Shown here: in pieces, positions 33,485 through 45,995 of the stretch | How the letters are laid out: each line of letters begins with the position of its first letter | Position numbering within the stretch: the first letter of the stretch is position 1 | DNA from: Perkinsela sp. CCAP 1560/9 | Taxonomy: Eukaryota > Protista > Euglenozoa: Kinetoplastea | Reading direction: 5' to 3' | DNA: 64,000 nt | Assembly (NCBI GenBank): GCA_965644495.1 | Contig: CBFFSA010000015.1 | Location: forward strand, 186,001-250,000 | Notes under the pieces: generated by a model | What the model was told of the DNA's origin: nothing | What the model saw: the letters and a program-made list of their open reading frames with translations, nothing else | The model's database searches: none | Translations under genes and position numbers: made by a program

Positions 33485-35044
33485 CAGGGGTGAAAACCTC
33501 GTGGTGGGGGGGGTCTAAAATTCGTAAAAATTATCCAATTTTGGAAAGTAATAGCGCATTCGAGAGCTCTCACAGAGTTGTATGTTTTAGCACTATTTGC
33601 GGCCTGTGACTCAACATGAAACGATGAGACAAAAAAAATCATGATTTTTTTTCTTGCCCAAATTTACGTTTTTTCAGTTTTTAGCTGTTTTTCAGTCAAT
33701 ATTAGCACTATATGCCCCAGAAACGGATTCGTTCCCGAACCTCACGTGGTGTACTCAGCGACAGGTCCTATTCCTCCCCCGCACGGGTGATACCAAGTCA
33801 CCGTATGCTTCTTGTCTCAGATTATCTTGAGACAGGGTCCTATTCTCGGACAGCCCAAAACTTCGGCGTCCACGAAAATACAGTAAAATGTCTTGTGATA
33901 CGCTATGAGAACACTGGAGACGTGGAAAGCTCTCCTATTTCACGCCCATCTCCTGTCAGTACCCCTGCGCTGCACGAAGCAGCTATCCGCCTCATTGATG
34001 AGGGATACCGTGACCTCCCGTACGGGATTGAGAACTGGTGTGCACTCCATAGAGTTGTGCTTTCTCTTGGATTTCAGTGTTCAAGACCAACTTTGGTTAA
34101 CGCCATGAAGAGCCATGGTATGATCATGCAAACTTTAAAAAGAAAGCCCGCACTGACCGATGAACACAAGAGGAAACGAGTGCATTTTTGTTCTGAGATG
34201 CTCACTTGGTCAGATACCCAACTGAGACAAATTGTTTTCTGCGATGAGAAGAAGTTCACTTGCGGTAGGGGACGAAACAAAATTACTTACCTTTGCCGGA
34301 AGACTGACCCCGCCAAGGAACAGCAGGGAGAGCTAGAACCTTGGTATGGAGGGAACGGCGTCATGGTGTGGATGGGGGTCAGTTTAAATCATGGATTTCA
34401 TCTACACATTTTTCCCTCCCACGACCCTTCCGGCCGAAAAGTAACTGTAACAGGGGATGTTTTCAATGACGCCATGAAGAAGCGCAAAGGACTTTTAAAT
34501 TATTTGAGGCGCCACCCATCTGGGGTCGTTGCAATGAATAATTGTCCTGTTCATAATTCTGCGCGAACAACCTTTCGCAACGAAGGTATTAATGTACTCT
34601 CTTGGCCTGCAAAATCCCCCGATTTAAACACCATTGAAAACCTTTGGGGGACCATGGACAGGATCAAAAATGATCTTCGACCCAAGAATCGGGCTGAATT
34701 AGTATCGGCCATTGAGACAGCGTTCGAAAGATTACAATCAGAACGCAAGCAAGAATGTATTAACACGATGAGCAGTTTCCGCAAGCGTTGTCGCATCGTT
34801 ATTGAGCGAAACGGGTCTTCCTGTGGGTATTAAGGGTAATTTTTGACCATTTTTTACAGTTTTTCAAATTTGCAAATCGTGTTTTTGACCCTTCCATCAA
34901 AGGGGGGTACCCCCCTAACCCCCGCAAACTGCCTATCTTAAAACATACAACTCTGCGAGAGCTCTCGAACGCGCTATTATTTTCCAAAATTGGACAAATT
35001 TTACGAATTTTAGACCCCCCCCCACCATGGGATTTTCACCCCTG
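33485..35044 (+). mobile_element. Tc1/mariner transposon with ~105-bp TIRs and TA TSD
   Basis: CAGGGGTGAAAA...TTTTCACCCCTG; removing it restores the LINE frame IPHICDNCSTFLGM. Confidence 0.93.
33712..34833 (+). CDS. Tc1/mariner transposase (second catalytic D is N; probably inactive)
   Basis: HTH, IVFCDEKKF, AMNNCPVH, WPAKSPDLNTIENLW. Confidence 0.88.
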   Translation: MPQKRIRSRTSRGVLSDRSYSSPARVIPSHRMLLVSDYLETGSYSRTAQNFGVHENTVKCLVIRYENTGDVESSPISRPSPVSTPALHEAAIRLIDEGYRDLPYGIENWCALHRVVLSLGFQCSRPTLVNAMKSHGMIMQTLKRKPALTDEHKRKRVHFCSEMLTWSDTQLRQIVFCDEKKFTCGRGRNKITYLCRKTDPAKEQQGELEPWYGGNGVMVWMGVSLNHGFHLHIFPSHDPSGRKVTVTGDVFNDAMKKRKGLLNYLRRHPSGVVAMNNCPVHNSARTTFRNEGINVLSWPAKSPDLNTIENLWGTMDRIKNDLRPKNRAELVSAIETAFERLQSERKQECINTMSSFRKRCRIVIERNGSSCGY

Positions 35045-36473
35045 TATATGTGATAATTGTAGCACATTTTTAGGCATGACGCTCGCACCCGGTGCTCAAC
35101 AAGGCAAGACACTCTTTCTAAAACTACGAACCCGTCTGCGAGCCTGGTTGCGTAATATATCTTCCAGCGCACATGACCTTCCCGCCCGCCTGTGGATATA
35201 CAATAACGGCATCATCTCTCGTCTGCGGTATTCCTTCGTCGTGAACTCATGCCTTACCTTCAATCACGTACTTCGTCTACAGCGATGCGCCACACGCGAA
35301 ATTCGGAAATGGTTAAACGTAGCGAAATCAGCAACTAGTGAGCTGCTCTATTCAGAGCATGGCTGGAATCTCATGAGTCTGTCAAAACTTTGGCTTCTTT
35401 CCACTGTGGGGACAATGGAACAAATGGATAAATCGCGTGATCCCGAGGTCCAGCACGCTTTACGTGAGCGCATCAGGCGAGAAGCGAACAAAAGGAGAGC
35501 AGGATACATTCGCCCGCCGACGGATATGCACAGTACAAGCCATAGTAACGTCCGAAGACTCCTTGGAAGCGAATACGAACGACACCTCACGGAAGCCGTC
35601 CAACGGCGTACTGCCGTAGCAGGACGATGGTTCAGAATCGCAACGGAAGCAGACCTTGCGAGAGACTCCGCCGCCGCCCTATGCAACCTCAAGAGTGAAT
35701 CGCTTTCGCGGTTCACATCCTCAGTGCTTACCGAGACGCCGCTCCCAACCAGGGCATCTCTTCGTAGGTGGGGCGTATCGACACATGCGAGCGATAAATG
35801 TCCCATCTGTGACACCGAGACACAAACTACGCGGCATATTCTATCTGGTTGTAGGAAGTCACTCGAACAAGGGAGGTATACCCTACGGCATAACATGGTA
35901 CTACAGGCATTAGCGAACTCCGTACAACGATTCTCCTCCACTAGTCAATGTCACTTCGATCTCCCCCACTTCCGCTCCACCCCCGCGTGGCTCACGAACC
36001 TTGATACTGAGCTACGTCCTGACGGATGGGTGAAACTATCTAACGGAGAAGAATACATTATAGAACTTACCTGCCCTTGGGAGGAGAACTTTGAGTTCGC
36101 ACACGAGCGCAAAATAGAAAAGTACACGAGTTTATATCACTCTAGAAAACTCGACCATCCTAACACATTCCTACTCGTCTTCGAGGTGGGAGCGAGAGGC
36201 AAACTGCATATGTCGGCCCGAACGCTCAACTCTCTCTTCATGGGAAATGAAGAAGCGGTTGCAGTGTGTCGCCGAAATATGACGACTAGCGCTCTCCGGG
36301 GAAGTTTCATAATTTTCCAGCACCGCGAGAACAAACAGTGGATGGAGGTTAGTTCTGGGGAGTGAGTCGCTGACTGTCAGGTGATTTCAACGCGTTTTGT
36401 GCGCGTAATATGGAACTCCCATATTCACCGTCTAATCTCTGTAGAATATTTTCTACATGATAACATACGAGGC

Positions 36474-36988
36474 AACCCAAGGCAAAGTGGACGAGGGAGA
36501 TACCAATAGTTTAGCTGCGGCAGTTTCCAAAGGAAAAACGGCATCTCTACCGTTTTAGGCGCTTGCCTTCATGCCATAAGGGAGATACCGTTTTTCCTTT
36601 GGAAACTGCCGCACCTAAACTATTGGTATCTCCCTCGTCCACTTTGCCTGTCGTCGTCTCTGCGGCAAAAAGGCAGAAGGCTCCGCTTTCTGCCTTTTGC
36701 CTTGCGCCTTCTCCTTCCTCTACGGTCTTGCGTATCCCAAACTTCAAGTTGCAAAAAGCATATGTGGGAAATTGGGGTTTGCAAATCGCTTCCGAAGGAG
36801 GGGGTCTCGAGTCGTCCAAAAGGTGCGTTTTTCTTTCCTAAAATTCTTCTTTCCTTATGGTGCTGCCTTTGGTTCTTTGCGAAAAAAACCTTTTCCGGAA
36901 AATCTTTTTTCGGGCCAAATTTCGGGCGAAATTTCGGGCCAAATTTTATTAATACTGGGTAGCGAGGGAGTAGTATCTCCCTCAATAA
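36474..36988 (+). mobile_element. Repeat family F, copy with both ends
   Basis: Large foldback 36474-36648 and small terminal hairpin GAGGGAGTAGTATCTCCCTC-AATAA. Confidence 0.65.
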
Positions 36989-37239
36989 GGTAGTTATTTA
37001 GTTATAGTCTTTACAGAAATTTCCCCTCGTCAGTTTCGTTTCGGGCATCTGTTTCGGTTTTAAAATGAAGAAAAATTAAGAAAAAAAGGGATAAAAACAC
37101 ATTTGCATATGAATAGAATACGTCAAAGGGCTTAAAAGCACCTTGAAATACGAAGAAAAAGAATATAGTTTTTTATAGTTTTTGAAAAAAATTTATAGTA
37201 ACTATATAGTACTATATTGATAGTTTTATAGTTTCTGCG

Positions 37240-37460
37240 AACCCTGGTTATTTGTTCTTTGGTTATCGGGCGCGCCTGTCGCAGCGGTATCGACGCGCCG
37301 GACAGGACCAGCGTCTTTGCTAGCAACTCCGAATGGGTTGCCGGTCTTTGCGCTTTTGTTAGCACTGAAATGAGGTGCTTCAAGTAGGTGTGTTTGGTCT
37401 GTATTGTCACCTGCAGTCCCGAGATAAACGACACCACGTTGTCGTCCTTTAGATGACTTT
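37240..37460 (-). pseudogene. Possible tyrosine-recombinase N-terminal fragment (TATE/VIPER/DIRS-like)
   Basis: TIQTKHTYLKHL...GASIPLRQARPITKEQI resembles the region preceding YR catalytic domains; no catalytic residues present. Confidence 0.35.
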
Positions 37461-37804
37461 TAACGAATATATATTTGTAACTAAACTTTATAGAGCGCAC
37501 CGAAAAAAGATTTACTCCCCCCTCCATAAGTAATTATAAGTATAAATTATAATTTGTTTGAAATTATAATTATAATTATAATTACTTATGGATGTGAACC
37601 TAGTGAACCTGGAGAGGGGTAAAAATTGGAATTTCACACTAATACTCTTCATGATGATGATTCTAGACAGTGCGGGCGAGGAGGGCGACAAAGCGGGAGT
37701 GCGAAACAAGGGGGGTCTTCCTCTCGGGGTGAAGGGGGGCATGGGGGGGCACTATAGGATGCGCACCCTAGGTCGGGATCCTTGTCTTTTAGTTTTGATA
37801 CCGC

Positions 37805-38056
37805 CTACTTACATGCTTGACGATATCTTACTGTAATCAAATCTTTTTTGCGGGTTTTACGGGGAGGTGTATCTACAGAATCTGTATTTCCGTAAATTTT
37901 CACATATTTTCGCACAGTTTTTTTGTCAATTTTTAGATTTTTCGCCACTTTGCTGATGGAAAGTAACTTATTGTATTCCACAACAATTTTTACACGCATA
38001 GCATAAGTAATGGGTCCATAGTGAAGGTTCCGGGGCCGAGAGAAATGTTTTGTCAT
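37805..38056 (-). pseudogene. Tc1-type transposase N-terminal HTH fragment
   Basis: RVKIV..Y....SISKVAKNLKIDKKTVRKYVK.Y..T.SV. Confidence 0.7.
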
Positions 38057-38917
38057 GGGTTAAAAAGATGAATATTGGGCACAAACTTATTTTTTTAGGA
38101 AAAAATATGGTGTTTCGCCAAAATGATGATTTTTGAGCTGTATTTTTAATCTCATTTTTTCCTCTTGAGTTTTTTTACGCTGATTCCTTCGGCAAACATA
38201 CGACAAATTTCGAGATCTATCAAATGCCGAAGGAATTAGGTCAAAAGCTCGCACGACGCAAAAATGAAGGGGGGGACTTATCCTTTAAGGGGTATAGCAA
38301 CAAGTAAGGAAAAGAATGAGTTCGTGCTCTAAAATGAGTTCATTGAACTTCAGAGTCTCATTCAGAGCGTGCTCTCGGTCACTTTCACTCATTTCGAATA
38401 TGGAGTGAAACCGGAGAACCTTTTTCTCAATCCATCTTTTTGATGGTCTACCGCCAACCGTGGTAAAGTCAGCTATTGAAGAAGACCCGCTCGATGACCG
38501 TTTTCGAGACATCATTGAAAAGGATTAAGTAAAGTAGTGACAGGACACTAAAAATAAATAGAAATAACAAAAAAGAGAAAACACAAAAAATACGAGGCAC
38601 AAAAAATTATCGATCGATTCGATCGAAGTTGCATTTATAATTACTTATGAAAGGCATAGGAATAAGTCACAAGGAAGTGAAAGTGCTAGTTCGAGGTGTA
38701 TTTATAATTACTTATGGAGGTGGGAGTAAATTGGCTGATAAAACAAAAATATGGCTACTCATGCCAACTTATGCCAATTCATGCCAACTTGTGCCAATTC
38801 ATGCCAACCAAGACTTGCAGTCTCCTACACAGTGTATCAAGAAGGAAAGAAAGTAAGAAAGGAGGAAGGAAGGAAAGTTGGAAAAGAGAAAAGAAGGCTG
38901 TGCTAATTAAACTGAAC

Positions 38918-39592
38918 ATTGCGGTGGTTGTTTAACTACCGCTCTACCCTCGATTATAGAAAAAAGTGAAAATATAAAGAGGAACACAGTAATATAATAG
39001 AAGAAAAAAATATAAAGGGGGGCTCCGGGGGTCCAAAATTGAAAAAAATGGGGGGTCCATGGGGGGGGTTTAGGGGGGGGTGCATACGTCGTTTTTTGAA
39101 ACTTTCAAAATCTTGATTTTCGAAATCGAGCGCAGGGAAGTGGTAGAGTATGCCGCAGCGATAATTTCCCCCCCCCCCCGCTGGTACGCGCGGGAGGGGT
39201 CCGACAAGGTCAAAATTTCCGAAATTTTTGGGATGACCAAAAAAAATACTTTTTTGACCCGAAAAAAAGCAAAAATATTATTTTTACAAAATCGATTCCT
39301 AAACCGTATTTGGAGAGTTTGGGGCCTCAGCTACCATTCTACGACGTTTTTGTCCACAGATTCGACTCCTGCCCCTGCTGGTAAGGCATCCAAAACAGCC
39401 CAAATTCGGTGTAGAATTTCGCAATTTTTGCGGAAAAATCGAGCCATTTCACCCCAAAAAATGGATTATTCGTGATCTTTTGGCGATTTTTCCTTTTTAG
39501 GCTCTTAAACGCGGTGGTGGTTTTCAACGCGAAGCGCGCAGCATGAGTGACTTCTAAGTTGAAAAAAACCACCGCGTTTAACGAAGAGCCTA
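38918..39592 (+). mobile_element. Repeat family A, complete shorter variant
   Basis: Both terminal hairpins present. Confidence 0.75.
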
Positions 39593-40717
39593 AAAAGTAT
39601 TTGAATATCGCAACTAGGCATTATTAGATATGAACTCGTTGGATTTTATGAGATGCGCTCATGTGCATCGCAAGAGTATCGTGATAGCGAATGTTTCAAC
39701 AATTTGCTGTTGATACAGAAAAAGATAATAGGTAATTAAAGATAAGAAGGGATTACAATTCGGAATGAAGGTTATAGAGTATGCCTCATTATATACATGT
39801 AGGTGGGTATTGGAGGAAAAAGCATTATTATATTCTTGCTGCAACATTCAATTACCGCAATTACTTTCATCAAAGCATATGAAAGGTCTACAAAAAGTTA
39901 GCCTAGATCAGATACGTAAAAATATTTCTCTCGTGTCCGATGAGCATGATGAGTATACACCCCCATGCGAAAATAATGCAACATACTTTAATTTTGCGTC
40001 TGAAGTCCAATTCGGGTCATATAAAAAGCAAAATGAGTGAACCCCTACAGAGAACGTCGGAAAATTGCTTTAAACTCGTGATTCTTAACTTTACCGAAAA
40101 TATAAAAAATATAATCAATTTTTCTTAACCTTATCACTTTTTTTCGTTGAGCTCGATTTTTTTTATTTATCCTAACATGACATTTCGTGACATAATCCCA
40201 GTCACGCCTTCTCTTCTCGACTCCGAGTCCGACCACAGTCGGCCAACCTTTTCTGACGCTTCTTCTACCGATACCGCTACGAACTCCGACCTGGCCCTTT
40301 CAGCCAGCGACGACCCAGACTGGGAACCTAGCGATGAAGAAAGTTCCTCTATCTGCGAGTATGAGTGGAGTGAAGAAGAGAGCATTGCCATTTATGCTTC
40401 TCTCAAGGGAGTTGAACGCCATGCAGAAGACAAAGACGAAGACTTTGCGGAGCGTTTTCGAGACGAGACGGAATTCGTTCCCGTTGAGGATTTCGAAAGC
40501 GCTGTCTGTTTCGATGCGCAACTTCTGGAAGATGCTTTTGCCTTAAAAAAGATTATGGAACCTGGTTATGGCTTCTTCTCCCGGGGTCATTAACTCGCCC
40601 GAATCTTCCTGTGAGATACAAAAAAATCACGATTCTGAAGAAGCGCGATGCGAGGCGCAACGTGAGTGCCGGGAAATGGCTCTTAAACACACAATCCTTC
40701 GGTAAGATTATGATTCA

Positions 40718-42324
40718 ATGGAAACAAAATACGTTGAGATACAAACCGCTCTCAAAGCTCAACAAAAAGAGCAACAAAAACTTCTTGCCACCATGGCTGC
40801 ACTGAGGAGGCTGTGTATCACCAATACCGGCGGTGTTCCTTCTCCCCAGAAAAAGCGAGCCGGGCGTCCCATGAAGAAACGCAACAAAAAACGTCTTGGT
40901 TTGCCGATTGTTTGTACAGGTAGAGGGGGGTTAAGTGAAACAGGAGTTTTCACGTTCAAAATTTTACGCAGTATCGGTACTTTCAATCAGGCCGATTTAT
41001 GTTATATCTCACTGCATCCGAGCACATGCAGTCGTATACTGCGTCGAGGCGACGAGAATGCCAGAATTAAATCAGTGCGTGACGCTCACGCCGCGTTGAT
41101 TGAATGGAAACATTATAAAAAAGCAAAGTCTTTACTTCCCAAGGTGATGTCACTGAATCCAGTGCATCGAACTTTAAATGCTCTTCAATGCACATATCTC
41201 AGTGTGGGTGGGATGGAAATATCGAAGTACATGCTACGGCATCTCTTTTATTATCACGGTTTCAAGTTTCGCAGTAAGGAGCGCACGCTTCTTTTGACTA
41301 TGAAACAAAGAGAAGAACGGGTTGAAAAAAACCACATTGGGTTCCCTACTGTTCCAATCACCCAGATGCAATTCATATGGATGATGGCGCACCCCCCCAC
41401 ACAGCAGTACGTACAATGCGATGGTGGTCGAAAGCCTCATGTCGACGAATATCTTCGACGTGCCTTCGCCAACATAAAAATATTTCTTCCTGTTCCATCC
41501 TCCCCAGTGGCCTGCAGATTCTCCAGACCTCAATCCGATTGAGAATCTTTGGAGTAAACTCAAGAACGCCAACAAGCGATGTCCTTCAAGAGTGGGTGAA
41601 ATCAAGGGGTGAAAGTGAAGCATTATTGCGCCAAAAAAACACTTTTTTACGTTTTTCAAATATTGGTTTGAACCAAGTATGTTTTCTTTTAGAGCGTGTC
41701 AGATTATTAAAAATACAAACTTTTTTCACGGTTTATCACTATGAACTGCGCACAAAAACACAATTAATTGAGTTGTCTGCTGGAAGCCAAACCGTAACGC
41801 GCACTGATTGCTGGCGAGCGAGTCGCTCGCTGGGAAACGACTTGTGGCATGAGACAGTTAATCATCGACGATCTTTGGTGCACACCAACACTGTTGAACG
41901 CATGAATGAGATGCTCAAGAAGGCAGTACGATCCCGTGGGAATGGGACCCTTGGGTGCTTTGATGAAGAAAGAAAAGATCGACCAAAGTTTAGCGAAGAA
42001 GTCGTCAATGATCTGAAGATCGGAAATAGCGGGGGAAATCCTTTATAAAGCGCTTTTTAAAATCCTTTTAAGCGCTTTTTTTAAATCCTTTAAAAAAGCG
42101 AAATCAAAAGAAATAAGTACTAGCGGCCCATAAACCTAAAAAAATATCTTCATTAATTTTTTTTCCAAAAAAGGCGCAATAATGCTTCACTTTGACCAAT
42201 CAAGGACGTCTGTAACGCTTATTTAAGTTCACAGGAATGCGCTGAGTTCTGTCGAACGGTTCAGTCTTTTAAGAAGCGACTTGAATTATGTTTTCAAGCG
42301 AAAGTTAAAAAGATTCCGTACTAA
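40718..42324 (+). pseudogene. Degenerate Tc1/mariner transposase split by a Merlin element
   Basis: WMDDGAPPH, WPADSPDLNPIENLWSKLK; frame resumes after 42205 and runs to SFKKRLELCFQAKVKKIPY*. Confidence 0.75.
41608..42197 (+). mobile_element. Internally deleted Merlin (IS1595/IS1016-like) transposon
   Basis: GG...CC 25-bp TIRs; 8-bp TSD AATCAAGG; VNH...VHTNTVE motif. Confidence 0.88.
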
Positions 42325-43473
42325 ACTTTTATACGGATGTTTTCACAAATTTTACTTTATTACTGCGTTATTACATTGTATTCCTAAAAATCGATCGATG
42401 CTAAGATTGTTTTAAGCAGTGTGCAGCTTGTATTTTCTCGTATTTTATCTCGTGGGTCAGATAAGGTACAATAACTTCAGCGGAATCGTGTAAAGGGTTG
42501 TTATTCTCTTATTTCATTTTATAACTCAATTTCTTTACCCAACAAAGGGCGCGCTTTTAAATTTCTATGTCTCTTCCGGTTGGTTGCTCACAATTCTACG
42601 TCGAAATCCCAAGTACTCCAACTCTTACATCCTCCCGAAGCACTCTGATTGTGCTTCCCACTTCAGCTACTCATTTCTTATCGGTCGCATTAGTTTTTTC
42701 CCGAAAAAAAGCATCTTTACACGAATATGTGAAACGTGTATGAAGCGCAAAATTCTGGTTTCCTTCCTCGATGGACGCCTGATAAGGGGGTACACCCACG
42801 AAACAAATAATTTTCCGAGCTTAAGCCCATCCTAAAGAACGCTTTTGCCGCGTTCTTTTTGCGAACAAACGAGTCCTGCACTCAAAATCTATGTTGCAAT
42901 ATGGCTCAAATGGGGGTGTAAGTATTTGGCTGATTACGGCGTGCGCAAGGCCACAGCCTGCGAAAGGAATAGAGACTGGGAAATTATCAAAGAGGCTATG
43001 AGTATTCAGAATACAGAAGATGTCACGATGACCAAGTTCCTGTGTTTACTAACCCAGCTCTCATTTATAAAGTATACAGTTTATTTATACAGTCATTTAT
43101 ATACAGTCCATCGCGCTTAGAAAAGTTCAGAGCTGCGATTTCACATCGATAAGTGCAGGATCTCCTTATCAGTGGAGTCTGTGCAAATATCACGTGAAAT
43201 CTTGTGAAAATTCGTGAAGTTTTGTGAAGATTCGTGAAAATTCGTGAAAACCAAAAATCCCCATTGAGCCACAGATTTAAGGGACAATGTGGGGGTGGGG
43301 TTAAACTGTCTCGTAATAAAGCCCCGAACTGTAGTCTAAACTATCATGTTTGGAAATACACTACACTAAAACACTACACTAAATTAAGTTAAAACAACAT
43401 CTTCCTCATTATCAGAATTACCTTCCGTGCCTATTTGTAACCAACGGCTATTGGAATGTTGATTGTTAGACTA

Positions 43474-44685
43474 CCGTTAGTACCCCCTGACTTTGCACCC
43501 CCCCTGACTTTGCACATTTTTCTGTTTTTGAAAATTTCTTGATGTGCAAAGTCACGGGGGTATCAAAATTTCCAAAAATGCTGAAAAATCAAATTTCCTT
43601 TTTTTTTGTAAACGACATGTAAAATATTTAACCAGTCGTACAACCGTAAATTGAATTGTTTACTTTCTATCATTTTCAACATTTTGATGCCTGTTTCTCA
43701 TTTGGCATTCAATGCCAACTAAGTTCGTTAATGATTCTCACCACCGGAACCCGCCGTCTTGATTCTGTCACCGGAAGAAGTCAGTACATCCTTGGTTCAG
43801 TTTGATACCCTGCAGCGAGAGAAAGAGGCTGTAGGCGAGAAGTGTTGTCGTATGTAATGCTTCGCACACGGTAACCTTTAAGAGCTTCAACGATCATGTC
43901 AGCCACATGATCTGACATTTTGCTGTCAAGTTTACGCAGTTACGAATCTACTTTTCCGCTCGATGAGGCATAGAAGATATCCACTGTGCTTGGCTCCTTC
44001 GACTGGATCAACTTCCTGATCTCCATTTTGCCATCTGTTGTTTATCACCTCAGGGAGTTCGGAAAGATCGACACGATTGGAGGGGGGGTCTGATTTTTTT
44101 CCCCGCTGTAAAAAAAAGGCCGCGCCGCTTCATGCTGCGGCTCATCCAGTTTTCCTGTCTTTCCTTTTATCACCTTCCTCTTCTAGAAGGGAAGACTTAA
44201 CGTTCTTGTTTGTTTCTAACGTTTTTAGAAAAATTATGAAATTTTTAAAAAACAATCGTCCGGCATTCGGGGGGGGGGCACACGATAAACGAAGTATAAA
44301 GGGGAGGGTCTGACCTGCGAAGTATAAAGGGGGAGTCACAGTAACTTATATAAACCTTTTCAGGGTTATGCGAAGGTAAAAGGTGATCGCAATCCGGCAA
44401 TACAAACCTTCGTAACATTTACACAGTATATTTCTGCAGCCCTAATGAGGAGCGATAAAATATTCGAGAACTTTTTTCTACTCCTCTGGGTGAAATTTTA
44501 TGAAAAACATTATTCTAAAAAGTATGCTGTTTTGACCGAAGTTTTCGACACCTCCCCTTCTCCCAATTTCGCCCCTTCCTTTTCACCCCCTCAACCCACC
44601 TTCACGACTTTGCACACCCCCTCACTTTGCACAAAAACCTGATTTTTCGCTGTTTTCGTCGTGCAAAGTCAGGGGGTACTAACGG
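43474..44685. mobile_element. TA-flanked non-autonomous TIR element
   Basis: CCGTTAGTACCCCCTGACTTTGCAC ... GTGCAAAGTCAGGGGGTACTAACGG. Confidence 0.85.
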
Positions 44686-45905
44686 TATACGAATCCATCC
44701 AAGGTACGCTGGTTAGGGGATGTTGAATTTGGTCGGGGATACCGCTTACGCTGCATCCGAGCTGAAAAAATCTTGGCATCTGTTGCAGCCCTTTTCTCAG
44801 ACAACAATTCGCTGTCTTACTTCCCACGCCACTCATAACGCTGGTAGGCTTCAATATTATGTACGATTAAACATGATATAAAGCAGTTGTTCAGGAGTTC
44901 TATGGAGTGTGTCCAGTTTTTGAAGGCCAACCATCTGCCTACGCATGAGCGCCCAAAAACGTTTTCGATTCTGGCGCCTATCTTTAACTCTTTACTTTTA
45001 CACCCTAGAGCTATATTTCAATAACTTCTGTCTTCCCTTTCTTGCTTGACACATGTACAATAGCAACTTCTGTCTTGCGTTTGTTATGTGTCTTTGTATC
45101 GCCCCAATGCGTAACAACTCGCGTGCTGCATCTGAGGTGCTTGCTTCTTCCCACTCAGGACTCTCTATGTAAGACTTTGCCTTGTATACTTTGTTCAGGG
45201 GAACACGAAAGCGATCGTCATGTCCCCTAAGCTTGGTTTGTATTTCTGCCTTGATTTGTGCACGAACAGATACGAGCGTGGCGTTCAAGACCCCGATATA
45301 ACTGTTCCATATGTTTTTGAAAACGGTGGACATTGAACGTTCACTCTGCTGATGTAGGGTAATGTTGAACTTCCGCGCGAAATTAGTCGATAAATTTTGT
45401 CTTATCGTCCGACCATGTTATGCTGTTTTGACATGCAACTAACACGTAGGCAATGTGAACGAAAGTCAATCTAAGCCCAGTGACAGATCGAAGATAAAAG
45501 GAACTTGATGTTTTTTGCGCAGCAGGGAGGTCAATATTCAACGTTTCGAAACTTTGTAGAATGTGAGGGGAAAATGCTTCAACAACTTGACTTTGTCCAC
45601 AATGAACGCAGACTTCAGTGCCCTGTCGGACGACGTCCTCGAGGCAAAACATACATCTATCCCTTTGTTCGTCAGGAGTGGGGCACCACTTACAATGCAC
45701 ACAAAAGCTAGGGCGACCAATAGTGAATGGTGTAGTTTTGATGCATTTCCCCAAACACTCTTGACGAATGATTGAGGACTGCACGGGCATAAAAAATAAA
45801 GTTCTTAAGAGTGTACACCCCTTAAGTTGGAAAGAAGGGGAGACTATAGGAATAATTTATCTGAAATTGACAAAGAAAACATCAAAGAATGGAGCCTTAT
45901 TACAT

Positions 45906-45995
45906 GCCTTAACCGAGTACAGCGAGTACGTACCGAGTACGTACTCGTTTGTACTCGCCGTACACGAGTACGTACTCGCTGTACTCGGTTAAGGC
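45906..45995. repeat. 90-bp palindrome built of GAGTAC/GTACTC units
   Basis: GCCTTAACCGAGTACAGCGAGTACGTAC ... GTACGTACTCGCTGTACTCGGTTAAGGC. Confidence 0.85.

Larger units (their letters stand above)
31067..36463 (+). mobile_element. 5'-truncated, inactivated LINE (copy 2), interrupted by a Tc1/mariner element
   Basis: ORF pieces 31067-32220, 32221-33484 and 35047-36365 align to copy 1; nonsense codon at 32218-32220; 29-nt flanking direct repeat. Confidence 0.92.

Noticed and set aside
40147-40593. Acidic 148-aa ORF as a host gene
   Set aside because: Lies inside the TE block directly upstream of a decayed transposase; more likely part of that element
43780-45790. Minus-strand fragments with weak transposase-like words (ITYDNTS, TWSDDKTK, Cys cluster)
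   Set aside because: Too degraded to assign to a family by eye
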